A DNA stretch of 64,000 nt, taken from NCBI GenBank assembly GCA_040081185.1, contig JBEBHC010000002.1, positions 1,693 to 65,692 of the forward strand, read 5' to 3'. The stretch's first letter is position 1; each line of letters opens with the position of its first letter. The position numbers and the translations under genes were made by a program. Under the pieces are notes generated by a model, which ran no database searches, had not been told where the DNA came from, and saw nothing but the letters and a program-made list of their open reading frames with translations. This document shows, piece after piece, positions 48,340 through 58,491 of the stretch. Source of the DNA: Devosia sp. GTDB lineage: Bacteria > Pseudomonadota > Alphaproteobacteria > Rhizobiales > Devosiaceae.

Positions 48340-48780
48340 GTGAGCAATCTGCAGCGTGCAATTGAGATTGCTCTCGCCGCTCATGCCGACCAATTCGACA
48401 AGGCTGGCGCCCTTTACATCCTTCATCCTCTGCGAGTGATGCTTGCTCAAACCACTGAAAAAGCACGCATCGTGGCAGTACTGCACGACGTGGTCGAAGA
48501 CTGCGAAGACTGGTCACTCGATCGGCTAAGAGCCGAGGGATTTTCCGAGGAAATCGTTAGCGCGATTGACGCCGTAACCAAGCGACCAGGCGAGGAAGAC
48601 GACTACGACAAGTTTATTGAACGAGGATCGCGCAACGCACTCGCTCGCGAAGTAAAGTTGGCAGATCTACGGGACAACAGTGATTTGTCGCGCTTGGCAA
48701 ATCCGACTGAGAAGGACCGGGCGCGTGTTGCCCGCTATCAGAAAGCGATCCGCTACCTTTCAAATATCTCAAACACGTGA
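48340..48780 (+). CDS. HD-domain hydrolase (RelA/SpoT hydrolase / Mesh1-like small protein)
   Basis: AHADQFDKAGALYILHPLRV, AVLHDVVED, VKLADLRDN; AT-richer codon usage. Confidence 0.8.
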   Translation: MSNLQRAIEIALAAHADQFDKAGALYILHPLRVMLAQTTEKARIVAVLHDVVEDCEDWSLDRLRAEGFSEEIVSAIDAVTKRPGEEDDYDKFIERGSRNALAREVKLADLRDNSDLSRLANPTEKDRARVARYQKAIRYLSNISNT

Positions 48781-48852
48781 CTCGGTTGATCAGGCTCGCA
48801 ACCGCTGGCGGAACCGCCTCCTTTATTGACTGCGTGCGTCCAAGTGCCCCTT

Positions 48853-49506
48853 CTATTGCGCGCCGGCTGCTTCCAGCATGGCAACGATTTCGCGGAAGCC
48901 GCGCTGCCTGGCAAGGCTCAGCGGTGACAGACCGGCCCCGTCGGCAATGTTCACGTCGGCGCCGCCTTCGATCAGCAGACTGACGATCTCCTGATGCACA
49001 GGTCCGCCGTCGGTCAGGACGATCGCCTCGAGCAGTGCGGTCCAGCCGAGCGAGTTGATGTGGTCGGGATCGACACCGGCCTTGAGCAGCAGACGGACAT
49101 TGTCCGGATGGCCTTTCTCGGCCGCCGGGATCAAAGCCGTGCCACCGAAGCGATTGGTGTCCGTTAGGTTCGCGCCGTGAGCGAGCAGTAATGCGAGAAT
49201 TGCCGTGCGGCCCTCGGCGCCCGCATAGAGGTAGGGCGTGTCCTGAATGCTATCCTTCGCATTGACGTCGGCACCTGCCGCGACCAGCGCCGTCGCCGCG
49301 TGCTGAGCGTCGGCGCGCGTCGCAAGCAGAAGCGCCGTTCGCCCGTCGGCATCGCGCGCTTCGATGTCCTGCCCATCGGCCAGTTGCGCGGTGATGGCCG
49401 CACCGTCGTCGGAAACGGCCGCGGCGAAGAATGCGGCATCGTCTGCCATGGCCATCCCGCCCGTCCCCAGCACCACGATTGCCGCCAGCCTAGCTGCGAA
49501 CCACAC
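48853..49506 (-). CDS. ankyrin repeat protein
   Basis: GRTALLLA, DTPYLYAG, GGTALIPAAEKGH, GWTALLEA, GLSPLSLA; start uncertain (GTG 49506 or ATG near 49449-49455). Confidence 0.85.
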   Translation of the reverse strand: MWFAARLAAIVVLGTGGMAMADDAAFFAAAVSDDGAAITAQLADGQDIEARDADGRTALLLATRADAQHAATALVAAGADVNAKDSIQDTPYLYAGAEGRTAILALLLAHGANLTDTNRFGGTALIPAAEKGHPDNVRLLLKAGVDPDHINSLGWTALLEAIVLTDGGPVHQEIVSLLIEGGADVNIADGAGLSPLSLARQRGFREIVAMLEAAGAQ

Positions 49507-50155
49507 GCGGATGCTCCGTGTCGGCATAGTCGATGAGAACATCGGCGCTGCGCTTGGGATTGGCATCCTTGAAATACAGCTCCTGCCCGCCGCGATAGCG
49601 CCGGTTGCTTTCCGCATCCGGATCGGGGCTCGTGCCGTCGCGCTTCGCCATCCGGGCAAACGAAATTTCGAACGGCACGTCGAGATATACGGTGAGGTCC
49701 CACTCGTCGCGCAATTCGTCGCGATGGAGAAACACGCCGTCGAAAATCAGCACAGCAGGCAGCGGAACGATCAGCGGGTTCACCGCAACGCGCTTGTCGG
49801 TTCGGTAGTCGAATAGCGCGGTCAGGAACGGCATGCCGATGCGCGCCGGGAACAGGAGCGACGTGCGCAGGCCCCCGAGATTGAACGCATCGCGAAAATA
49901 GCCCTCGGCCGAGTCCTTGCCGCGGGCGTAACGAACCGCGCGCGGATTGTGGAACGCATCGATGCCGGTGCGAACGACGATTTTGCCCTGCTGCTCGAGA
50001 TGCGATGCCAGGGCGTCGGCGAACGTGGTCTTGCCCGCGGCGTCGACGCCGTCGATGGCGACCATCGTGAGGCCTTCGCCCTCGAGTTCGGCAATGCGCT
50101 CGGCCAGCATATCGAACAGGGCATGCCGGACCGGGTTCACTGCCGGAGCACTCAC
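49490..50155 (-). CDS. uridine kinase-like P-loop kinase
   Basis: VAIDGVDAAGKTTFA, DAFHNPR, IFDGVFLHR, RMAKRDG..RY. Confidence 0.8.
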   Translation of the reverse strand: MSAPAVNPVRHALFDMLAERIAELEGEGLTMVAIDGVDAAGKTTFADALASHLEQQGKIVVRTGIDAFHNPRAVRYARGKDSAEGYFRDAFNLGGLRTSLLFPARIGMPFLTALFDYRTDKRVAVNPLIVPLPAVLIFDGVFLHRDELRDEWDLTVYLDVPFEISFARMAKRDGTSPDPDAESNRRYRGGQELYFKDANPKRSADVLIDYADTEHPRVVRS

Positions 50156-51327
50156 GGTTGCGCGGCTGCCTCGGCCGGCGGCTCGTCGGACGGGACCTTG
50201 CCGACCCCGAAGGCGTCGGCGCGGCCTACCGGTGCATCGACCAGCATGGTGAGATCGAACGCATCGTCCGGCGTCGCCGCCACCGGCGTTGCGCCCGCCA
50301 CCACGAGATCGGTGGCGCGCTTGGGCGCGCTCGATAGCGGGATCACCGCGCCCGCGACTTCGAGCAGCCGGATCTGGCCTAGTCCTTGGTAGGGAGGCCG
50401 CACCATCAGCCCGGCATCGGTACCGGCCAGTGCATCGGCGATCTCGAGACCCACCGCACCGCCACCGCGATAGAACAGCTTGATCGACTGGCTCAAATAG
50501 AAGGCCAGTTTGTCGGCGCCCGCTGCGGAGAAGTGGATGCCATCCTCTTTGCGCATGTTCACGCGGTTGCCGTTGAGATCGGGACCGGCGCGCGAATACT
50601 CACCGTTCTCGTCGACGAAGCGATCGTAGATATCGAGGAACTCCGCCCCGCCGGAGAAGGTCGCGAGCCGTTGGATGGCGGTGATCTGCCCCATCGCAGT
50701 CGAATAGTCCTTCTTGCCCATCGGCGGAAGGCCGATCCAGATCAGCGGTTTGCTGGCACCGTGGATGGCATCGACGAAGCCCTGCACGCGCGCCTGATAG
50801 GCCGCGTTCCATTCCGCCGTGAACGGCTTGAGATTCTTGCCGTCGATCTTGAGATTTTGCCGGTCATTGATGCCGATGATCATGATCGCGATGTCGAAAC
50901 TGTTCGCGGCCACCTGATCGACGGCGGTCTTATTCCAGTCGAAGAAGTCGGCGCGCACGAAGCCCGATGAGCCCACACCCTGATTGATGACCACGATGTT
51001 CGGGTCCTCGGCATAGAAACGGTCGAGCGCCTTGGCGAGATCGACCGCCATGGAATCCCCGAACACCGCCAGTCGCGTCGCGCCTTCCGCCTTCGGGATG
51101 GTCGGTTCCGGCGGCGGCAGCTCGGCCTTCTTCTTTTTCACCACAGGCGCCTCGACGACGGGCGCAGGCTGCTCTTCCTCGCCCCCGCCGAAGATCATGT
51201 CGAACAGGTTCTTGCGCTTTTTGACCGGCTGCTCCTGCGCCAGCGTGGCACTCGGCGACAGGACAAAAGCGACTTCGCCGGCGGCGAAGAGCGTGATGCA
51301 GGCGATGAGGATGAGGCGGCGAAGCAT
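50152..51327 (-). CDS. DUF459 / SGNH-hydrolase family periplasmic protein
   Basis: signal peptide, VFGDSMA, SSGFVR, IGINDRQ, DGIHF. Confidence 0.8.
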   Translation of the reverse strand: MLRRLILIACITLFAAGEVAFVLSPSATLAQEQPVKKRKNLFDMIFGGGEEEQPAPVVEAPVVKKKKAELPPPEPTIPKAEGATRLAVFGDSMAVDLAKALDRFYAEDPNIVVINQGVGSSGFVRADFFDWNKTAVDQVAANSFDIAIMIIGINDRQNLKIDGKNLKPFTAEWNAAYQARVQGFVDAIHGASKPLIWIGLPPMGKKDYSTAMGQITAIQRLATFSGGAEFLDIYDRFVDENGEYSRAGPDLNGNRVNMRKEDGIHFSAAGADKLAFYLSQSIKLFYRGGGAVGLEIADALAGTDAGLMVRPPYQGLGQIRLLEVAGAVIPLSSAPKRATDLVVAGATPVAATPDDAFDLTMLVDAPVGRADAFGVGKVPSDEPPAEAAAQP

Positions 51328-51368
51328 GGGCCGGAGAATGGCCGGGTTTGGCGGCAAATGAAAGGCGA

Positions 51369-52568
51369 TCAGCGCGTTGCGGCGATCAGTTCTTCGTAGG
51401 CGCCCAGCGTGATGAACCCATCGGCCACCTCACCCTTCTGCGCCTGAAAGCGTGCATAGGCGGCCTGGCTCACAGGCCCGATGCGGCCATCGACCACGCC
51501 ATCGTAGAGCCCAAGCGCAATCAGGGCGTCCTGGATCGCCTTGCGCTGCGCCAGGTTCGGGAAAGCGGTCTTGCGCGGCCAGTCGTCAAAGAACTCGCCG
51601 CCACCTTTCAGGCGATCTGCCAGATGCGCCACCGAGAGCGCGTAGCTGTCAGAGAAATTGTAGCCCTTCAGCACGAGGTAGTTCCCCGTCATCAGGAATT
51701 TCGGCCCACCCCGTCCCGCCGGCGCATAGAGGAACACCGGCACCGCCTCGTCGGCAAATGGCCGGCCTTTGACCCGCGAAATGCCTCGCCCGGTGAAGAA
51801 CGAAATCGGCCGCAGCGTCTCGCGGTCGGCCAGCAGCCAGTCGAAGCCATCGGGCACAACGACCTCGAAGCCCCAATCGAGACCTGGCTGATAACCGAGA
51901 TCACGCAGGAACGTCGCGCTGGTGGCCAGCGCATCGGGCAGTGACCCATGCAAATCGACCCTCCCGTCGCCATCCCCGTCGGCACCATGGGCAATGACAT
52001 TGGACGGATTCACCTGCAGGTGACCGATGGCACCGGCCCATGACCCGACGAGATGCGCAGCATCCTTCGGCCCCTCTTGCACGAGCAGCAGCGCCGCGAT
52101 GAAATCGGCCTCGTCTTCCTTGAGCCGCCCGCGCTTGTGATACGCCAGTGTCGCAAGTGACCGGATGATCGGCTTGATCAGCGATTTGCTGGCGAGCACC
52201 TCGCCATAGTCGGTCTCGATGCCCCAGATCGCCGCCAGCAGATAGGGATCGACTCCGTAGCGCATGCCGGTGGCGTCGAAGAGCGCCGCATTGGCCTTCA
52301 TCGCCTTCTGCCCGCGCGAAATCCGGGAGGCGGTGATGCGCTTGTCGAGATAGTCCCAGATCGGCGTCGTGAACTCTGGCTGGCTCTCCACCAGGTTGGG
52401 TATCGCGTCATCCGCAGTCAGCCCTGCCGTTGCTTCGCGATAGACGGCGCGACTGACACCCGCGGCAACGGCTTTGCTCTCGAACGCCGACAGGAACTCG
52501 GAGAACGTCTCCGCGTGCGCGGAGGCCACCGAGAAAATCAGGAAGGAAATGACGATCAGGGGCCGCAT
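51369..52568 (-). CDS. lytic murein transglycosylase (MltB-like) with PG-binding domain
   Basis: QPEF, AIWGIETDYG, GSWAGAIG, YNFSDSYAL, DGRIGP. Confidence 0.9.
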   Translation of the reverse strand: MRPLIVISFLIFSVASAHAETFSEFLSAFESKAVAAGVSRAVYREATAGLTADDAIPNLVESQPEFTTPIWDYLDKRITASRISRGQKAMKANAALFDATGMRYGVDPYLLAAIWGIETDYGEVLASKSLIKPIIRSLATLAYHKRGRLKEDEADFIAALLLVQEGPKDAAHLVGSWAGAIGHLQVNPSNVIAHGADGDGDGRVDLHGSLPDALATSATFLRDLGYQPGLDWGFEVVVPDGFDWLLADRETLRPISFFTGRGISRVKGRPFADEAVPVFLYAPAGRGGPKFLMTGNYLVLKGYNFSDSYALSVAHLADRLKGGGEFFDDWPRKTAFPNLAQRKAIQDALIALGLYDGVVDGRIGPVSQAAYARFQAQKGEVADGFITLGAYEELIAATR

Positions 52569-52606
52569 GGCGCTGAGGTTTCCCTGAAACATGGGCAGCA
52601 GGATGG

Positions 52607-53593
52607 CTAGCGGTTCCGCGTCTGCAGGTACCGCTCCCAGTCGAGCGCGTGTGTCACTATCTCGCGCAAGTCGTCGTGCTTTGGTTTCCAGCCCAAGAGA
52701 GCGCGCACCTTCTCGCCGGTTGCGGTAATCGCCGCCGGATCACCGGCGCGACGCGGCCCCTCATCCACCCGGAATTCAACGTTCGACACCGACTTGACCA
52801 TGTCGATGACCTCCTTCACCGAAAAGCCCTGGCCATAAGCGCAATTGAGCGTCGCGCTCTCTCCGCCGCTCCGCAAATGATCGAGCAGCAGTTTGTGCGC
52901 TTCGATCAGGTCGGTGACGTGGATGTAGTCGCGAATGCATGTACCGTCCGGAGTCTCGTAGTCGGTGCCGAAGATGTCCATCTTCTGACGTTGTCCGAGA
53001 GCCGTCTGGGCCGCCACTTTGATGAGGTGCGTCGCCTGTGGACTGGACTGCCCCGAGCGCTTCTTAGGGTCCGCCCCGGCCACGTTGAAATAGCGCAGCA
53101 CGCCATAGGTGATCGGATGCGCGGCCGCCACATCCGCCAACATCCACTCTGTCATCAGTTTGGATTTGCCGTAGGGCGACATCGGCTTGAGCGGCGTATC
53201 CTCAACCACGGGGGCCAGCCCGGTCATGCCGTAAACGGCTGCCGTGGACGAGAAAACGAAGTGCTTCACGCCTCCCGTCACCGCCGCTTCGAGGAGGTTG
53301 CGCGAGGTTGCAGTATTGTTGCGGTAGTATTTGAGCGGATCGCTGACCGATTCCGGAACGATGATCGAACCGGCAAAATGGATAATGTCGGTTACGCCGT
53401 GCTCACGGATGAGCCGGGTGACCAGTTCGACATCCCCGGCATTGCCATTGACGAAGATCGCGCGTTGGTCGATGGCCCAGTCGAACCCGGTCGAGAGGTT
53501 ATCGAGTACGACGACCTGCTCGCCGGCGTCACCCAGGCGCAACGCCATGTGGCTGCCGATATAGCCCGCTCCACCCGTAACCAGGACGCTCAT
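52607..53593 (-). CDS. galE: UDP-glucose 4-epimerase
   Basis: VLVTGGAGYIGSH, FSSTAAVYG, YGKSK, LRYFNVAGAD, GTCIRDYIHV. Confidence 0.95.
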   Translation of the reverse strand: MSVLVTGGAGYIGSHMALRLGDAGEQVVVLDNLSTGFDWAIDQRAIFVNGNAGDVELVTRLIREHGVTDIIHFAGSIIVPESVSDPLKYYRNNTATSRNLLEAAVTGGVKHFVFSSTAAVYGMTGLAPVVEDTPLKPMSPYGKSKLMTEWMLADVAAAHPITYGVLRYFNVAGADPKKRSGQSSPQATHLIKVAAQTALGQRQKMDIFGTDYETPDGTCIRDYIHVTDLIEAHKLLLDHLRSGGESATLNCAYGQGFSVKEVIDMVKSVSNVEFRVDEGPRRAGDPAAITATGEKVRALLGWKPKHDDLREIVTHALDWERYLQTRNR

Positions 53594-53693
53594 TAACGCT
53601 CTCCAATTCAAAAAATTAATCGGGCGAATGCTAGTTGCGCATCATTGAGATAGAATTACGCCGACAGATAAGCCCTGACCGGAGCCATTTTCC

Positions 53694-54572
53694 TTGTCGA
53701 AACGCGTCCGTACCGCCGTGTTCCCCGTCGCCGGACTGGGTACACGCTTCCTCCCCGCGACCAAGGCCATGCCCAAGGAAATGCTCACGGTCGTCGACCG
53801 GCCGCTGATCCAGTACGCCGTGGATGAAGCCCGCGAGGCAGGCATCGAGCACTTCGTGTTCGTCACCGGCCGCAACAAGAGCGTCATCGAGGATCACTTC
53901 GACAAGCAGTACGAACTCGAGCACACGCTCGAAACGCGCGGCAAGTCGCAGGCACTCGAAGAGCTGAAGCGCGACCTGCCGCAAGCCGGCCAGACCAGCT
54001 TCACCCGCCAGCAGGAACCGCTCGGCCTCGGGCATGCGGTGTGGTGCGCGCGCGAACTGGTCGGCGACCAGCCCTTCGCACTGCTGCTGCCCGACATGCT
54101 GTTCAAGGGCGAGCCGGGCGTTCTGAAGCAGATGATGGAAGCCTACGAGGAAACCGGCGGCAACGTGATCGCCGTCGAGGAAGTGCCGATGGAAGAGGTC
54201 TCCTCCTACGGCGTCGTGGCGCGCGGCGCCGGGCCGGACGAAGGCTTCGCGATCACCGGCATGGTAGAAAAGCCGAAACGCGAAGCGGCACCATCCAACC
54301 TCATCATCTCAGGCCGCTACATCCTGCAGCCCGAGATCTTCTCGCTGCTGGCCGATCAGCCGCGGGGCGCCGGTGGCGAAATCCAGTTGACCGATGCCAT
54401 GCAGACCCTGATGCGCCAGCAAAGCTTTGCCGGCGTGAAGTATCAGGGCCAGAGCTTCGACTGCGGCAGCAAGGTCGGCTTCCTGATGGCCAATGTGGTC
54501 TATGCGCTCGACCGGCCCGACATCGCTGCGGACTTCAAGCACCAGCTCGAAGCGCACGGCGTCAAAGTCTGA
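53694..54572 (+). CDS. galU: UTP--glucose-1-phosphate uridylyltransferase
   Basis: [40 protein letters not shown]. Confidence 0.95.
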   Translation: MSKRVRTAVFPVAGLGTRFLPATKAMPKEMLTVVDRPLIQYAVDEAREAGIEHFVFVTGRNKSVIEDHFDKQYELEHTLETRGKSQALEELKRDLPQAGQTSFTRQQEPLGLGHAVWCARELVGDQPFALLLPDMLFKGEPGVLKQMMEAYEETGGNVIAVEEVPMEEVSSYGVVARGAGPDEGFAITGMVEKPKREAAPSNLIISGRYILQPEIFSLLADQPRGAGGEIQLTDAMQTLMRQQSFAGVKYQGQSFDCGSKVGFLMANVVYALDRPDIAADFKHQLEAHGVKV

Positions 54573-54573
54573 G

Positions 54574-55809
54574 CTAGCGCGAGAACGTCACGCCAAGAGC
54601 AACGCTGTGCTCGTCGGCCACAGGTGCCGGCGGGTTGTCCGTGCGCGTGAAGGCATAGTCCCCGGTCAACGCGGTATGCGCGTTCAGCCGGTAGTCGAAG
54701 CCCGCACCCAGGCTGGCATTCTGTGCCTGATCGCCGGTCCCGAGGATCCGGTCGAGCCCGTACCCGACGCTACCGCGCAGGGTCACCCACGGATTGACGA
54801 CATAGGCGACACCGGCGCCGGCATCGTAGGACGCAGTCGTGTCGCTGGGCACTGTTGCTGAGGGCGCGAGGCCTGTGGTGAGCGACGCGGTCAGCGTCAG
54901 CGTCTCATCCGGCTTGAGCGTCACGCTGCCATCCGCAGTGAGCGCGCCAGTATCGGTGAGGCTCGCATCGACATAGTCGCGCCAGGCGAGGCCAATCGCA
55001 GCGTCTGCGGAAAGTCGACTGTTCGGCGAGTAGCTGACGCCAACCTTCCCCGCAGTAGTGACGGCATCGAGATAGACCAGCAGTGTGGGATCGGGTGCAT
55101 CGTAGCGCTGCCACTGGGCACTGCCGTCGAGATAGGGCGTGAGCACCGGCGTCAACGCGAAGCCCAGCCTGCTGCCGGCACCGGCGCGCCAGTCATTGAG
55201 AGGGGTGTTGTCGATGGTCGACATATCGTCGAGCACGGTCTCGCCATTGAATGACCGGCCGAGCGAACCCCGCAGGCTGGCTTCGAGCCGGCCCAAGCGG
55301 CGAACGACTGAACCTTCGGCATCGCCCGAGATCACTACAGGGGCAGTCATCGTATTGGTAGGCAGCGACGGATCGTCAGGATCGGCTTGCGAGAGGGAGA
55401 CATCGACGCTGCCGGTGGCTGCCATTGCTGCGTCGAAGGCGTAGCTGCCATCGGCACTGAGGCGAAGGGCGGAGATGCGGCTCTCACCCTGATCGTTGAC
55501 CGACACCTCCCCTGACCCAGTCACCGACGACGAAACGCGCCCGCCCTGGTGCGTGAGGGTGAATTGCGGGATGACAAGCACGGCCCCTTCGCTGCCCCCA
55601 CTATCGATGCTGTAGGCGCCCCGGATGGCAAGGCTCCAGTCGACATTGAAATAGGGGTCCATTGCCTCGCGCGGCATGACGGAAGACGGCGTGGCGGAGG
55701 GGTTGAAAAGATCGGCATTGTTCGTGCCCGAACCCTCACCGGCGGCGAGGGGCGTGCCCGCGCCCATGGCGAGCAAAGGCACTGCGATCAGCCCAGACAA
55801 ACGCCGCAC
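54574..55809 (-). CDS. outer membrane beta-barrel protein
   Basis: signal peptide, alternating amphipathic strands, C-terminal LGVTFSR. Confidence 0.75.
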   Translation of the reverse strand: MRRLSGLIAVPLLAMGAGTPLAAGEGSGTNNADLFNPSATPSSVMPREAMDPYFNVDWSLAIRGAYSIDSGGSEGAVLVIPQFTLTHQGGRVSSSVTGSGEVSVNDQGESRISALRLSADGSYAFDAAMAATGSVDVSLSQADPDDPSLPTNTMTAPVVISGDAEGSVVRRLGRLEASLRGSLGRSFNGETVLDDMSTIDNTPLNDWRAGAGSRLGFALTPVLTPYLDGSAQWQRYDAPDPTLLVYLDAVTTAGKVGVSYSPNSRLSADAAIGLAWRDYVDASLTDTGALTADGSVTLKPDETLTLTASLTTGLAPSATVPSDTTASYDAGAGVAYVVNPWVTLRGSVGYGLDRILGTGDQAQNASLGAGFDYRLNAHTALTGDYAFTRTDNPPAPVADEHSVALGVTFSR

Positions 55810-55857
55810 AACAAACTCCGCGACCCGCGCGCCGGGCCGACGGAATCCTCACAGTTT

Positions 55858-55873
55858 ATGGTTAATGAACCCT
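55858..55873 (-). promoter_or_regulatory. CtrA-type site upstream of the beta-barrel gene
   Basis: minus strand GGAA-N6/7-TTAACCAT (strong half-site). Confidence 0.4.
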
Positions 55874-55894
55874 TCCAGCCGCGATCCGGAAACG

Positions 55895-56344
55895 TCAGGC
55901 GGCGACGACCTTGAGCACCCCGACCTCGTGGCCCACGACGCGCACCTTGCTGCCCGCCGACAGGTCCGGACCGCTGATCCGCCAGACCGTATCGTCCAGG
56001 CGAAGCCTGCCGAAGCCGTCGATGATCGGCGCATCGATGATTGCCTCATGCCCGACAAAGCGTTCGGCGCGGTTGTTGAGGAACGGCTGATCCGTCACGT
56101 GCACTCGCCCGCGTGAATACCGCCACCAGCCGATCACCACCGCTAGCGAGAGGAGGCCGAACACGGTAATTTCGCCCGGCCAGCTGACCCCAAGGACGAA
56201 TGACACCAGTCCGGTAACGATGCCGGCGGCGCCGAGCCAGAGAAAGTAACCACCAGGCACCACCAGCTCGAGAGCAAGCAGCACGAGGCCGAGGACGAAC
56301 CAGGCCCAGGGGCCGTACTGCACGAAGAGATCAAACAGAACCAT
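55895..56344 (-). CDS. NfeD family protein
   Basis: WAWFVLG..ELVVPG, LNNRAERFVG, GRLRLDDTVWRISG. Confidence 0.88.
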   Translation of the reverse strand: MVLFDLFVQYGPWAWFVLGLVLLALELVVPGGYFLWLGAAGIVTGLVSFVLGVSWPGEITVFGLLSLAVVIGWWRYSRGRVHVTDQPFLNNRAERFVGHEAIIDAPIIDGFGRLRLDDTVWRISGPDLSAGSKVRVVGHEVGVLKVVAA

Positions 56345-56368
56345 CTGGAATGCTCCTCTATCGCGGGG

Positions 56369-57346
56369 TTACGTGTTGGTGGACGGTGGACGCGAATTTG
56401 TGGTCTGGCGCTGCGGCTTGTCGCCGCCGAACGTCTCCCGGGCAATCTCCGCGATGCCGCCGAGCGCACCGATGACGCTGGCCGCCTCGACGGGCAGCAT
56501 CAGCACTTTCTGGTTCGGCGACTTCGCCAAACCCTCGAGAGCCTTGATGTAGTTGTTGGCGACGAAGTAGTTGATCGCCTGGACGTCGCCGGCCGCGATA
56601 GCGTCGGACACCATCTGCGTCGCCTTGGCTTCGGCTTCCGCGGAGCGCTCCCGCGCCTCGGCGTCACGGAACGCCGCCTCGCGCCGGCCTTCTGCTTCGA
56701 GCACCTGCGCCTGCTTGGCGCCTTCGGCCTGGAGGATCGCCGCCTGCCGCTTGCCTTCAGCCTCCAGCACGAGCGCACGCTTCTCGCGCTCTGCCTTCAT
56801 CTGCCGGCCCATCGAGTCCACCAGGTCCTTGGGCGGATCAATGTCCTTGATTTCGATGCGCGTGATCTTGAGACCCCACGGGTTCACCGCAGCGTCGACA
56901 ACGTGCAGCAGGCGCGTATTGATCTGGTCGCGATTGCTGAGCAGTTCGTCGAGGTCCATCGAGCCCATCACCGTACGAATATTGGTCATCGTCAGGTTGA
57001 GGATCGCGTTTTCGAGGTTGGCCACCTCGTATGCCGCCGATGCAGCATCGAGGATCTGGTAGAATGTCACGCCGTTTGCCGTCACCGAGGCGTTGTCCTT
57101 GGTGATGACCTCCTGGTGCGGTACGTCGAGCACCTGCTCCATCATGTTGATCTTGCGGCCGATGCCATCGACGAACGGCACAATCAGGTTCAGGCCGGGC
57201 TTCATGGTGCCGATGTAACGGCCGAAGCGCTCAACCGTGAAATTGTAGCCCTGCGGGACCGTCTTGACGGCCGCGAGAAGCACCAGCACCGCCAGCACGC
57301 CGAGCACGATCAGCGTAATGCTCAACCCGTCGAGACCGAAATCCAT
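56369..57346 (-). CDS. SPFH/stomatin (QmcA-like) protein
   Basis: [38 protein letters not shown]. Confidence 0.92.
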   Translation of the reverse strand: MDFGLDGLSITLIVLGVLAVLVLLAAVKTVPQGYNFTVERFGRYIGTMKPGLNLIVPFVDGIGRKINMMEQVLDVPHQEVITKDNASVTANGVTFYQILDAASAAYEVANLENAILNLTMTNIRTVMGSMDLDELLSNRDQINTRLLHVVDAAVNPWGLKITRIEIKDIDPPKDLVDSMGRQMKAEREKRALVLEAEGKRQAAILQAEGAKQAQVLEAEGRREAAFRDAEARERSAEAEAKATQMVSDAIAAGDVQAINYFVANNYIKALEGLAKSPNQKVLMLPVEAASVIGALGGIAEIARETFGGDKPQRQTTNSRPPSTNT

Positions 57347-57543
57347 AGCGATTCTCCCCTCGGGCGCAGGACAAATGGCGCCTCGCTCTATGATTTATGT
57401 GCCGCCTACCCGCGGCGCAATGCGTTGGCGGGGAAAACCCGGTGTTGGTTACGAGAAGTTTTCATGGCGTGCCGATGACGGCATGGTGGCCGGGCCCTCT
57501 CCGGCAGAATCGACGCCGGCCTTCGTTGAGCGCTTGGTGCCAC

Positions 57544-57568
57544 GGAACCCTGCTCATTGCCGGTCGTT
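57544..57568 (+). promoter_or_regulatory. EcfG/RpoE2 general-stress promoter of ku-ligD copy 2
   Basis: exact GGAAC-N16-CGTT ending 32 nt before the ku ATG. Confidence 0.75.
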
Positions 57569-57600
57569 GCAGGTGAGCAGCCTTTCCGAGGAGATGAGAA

Positions 57601-58491
57601 ATGCCCACACGTCCGATCTGGAAGGGGCAGTTGCGCCTGAGCCTCGTGTCCATCAATGTCGAGATGTACCCCGCGCACAAATCCGGGGCAGCGACCTCGT
57701 TCAACCAGATCCACGCCCCCTCGGGAAAGCGCATCCACTACCAGAAGGTGGTGGACGGCATCGGGCCGGTGGACAAGGACGATATCAAGAAGGGGTATGA
57801 GTACGAGAAGGGCGAGTATGTTCTGCTCGAAGACGAAGAGCTCGATGCGGTGAAGCTCGAGACCAAGAAGACGCTCGAGCTGGTGCAGTTCGTCGAAGAG
57901 GACGAGATCCCCCTGCTCTACTACGACACGCCCTATTTCCTGTCGCCTGCCGACGACCTCGCCGAGGACGCCTTCCGCGTCGTAAGGGACGCCCTGCGCA
58001 AGGCGAAGAAAGTTGGCTTGGGTCAGCTGGCTCTGCGCGGGAAAGAATACCTCGTCGCCATCAAGCCGTGCGGCAAAGGCATGCTGCTCGAAACGCTGCA
58101 CTACGACGAAGAAATCAAGAAGTCCGATCCGTTCTTCTCCGAGATTCCAGCCAAGTCGGCCGATCCCGATCTGCTCGACGTCGCGGCCGCGCTGATCGAG
58201 AAAAAGACCGACAAGTTCGATCCAAAGATCTTCAAGGATCACTACCAGGCGGCGTTGCGTGAACTGATCCAGCGCAAGCTCAAGAGCAAGGGCCGCCGGA
58301 TCGCGGTCGAGGACGAGCCCAAGGACCGCAAGCAGACCAGCAATGTCATCGACCTGATGGCCGCGCTGAAGAAAAGCCTCGAAAGTGGCGAACGCAAACC
58401 CGCCGCGAAAGCCAAACCCGCTTCCGCGAAAAAAGCGCCAGCCAGGAAGGCGGCAGCCAAGAAGTCACCCTCACGCAAGAAGGCTGGCTGA
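57601..58491 (+). CDS. ku: NHEJ protein Ku, copy 2
   Basis: RPIWKGQLRLSLVSI, SFNQIH, KGYEYEKG, NVIDLMAALKKSL, K/A-rich tail. Confidence 0.95.
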   Translation: MPTRPIWKGQLRLSLVSINVEMYPAHKSGAATSFNQIHAPSGKRIHYQKVVDGIGPVDKDDIKKGYEYEKGEYVLLEDEELDAVKLETKKTLELVQFVEEDEIPLLYYDTPYFLSPADDLAEDAFRVVRDALRKAKKVGLGQLALRGKEYLVAIKPCGKGMLLETLHYDEEIKKSDPFFSEIPAKSADPDLLDVAAALIEKKTDKFDPKIFKDHYQAALRELIQRKLKSKGRRIAVEDEPKDRKQTSNVIDLMAALKKSLESGERKPAAKAKPASAKKAPARKAAAKKSPSRKKAG

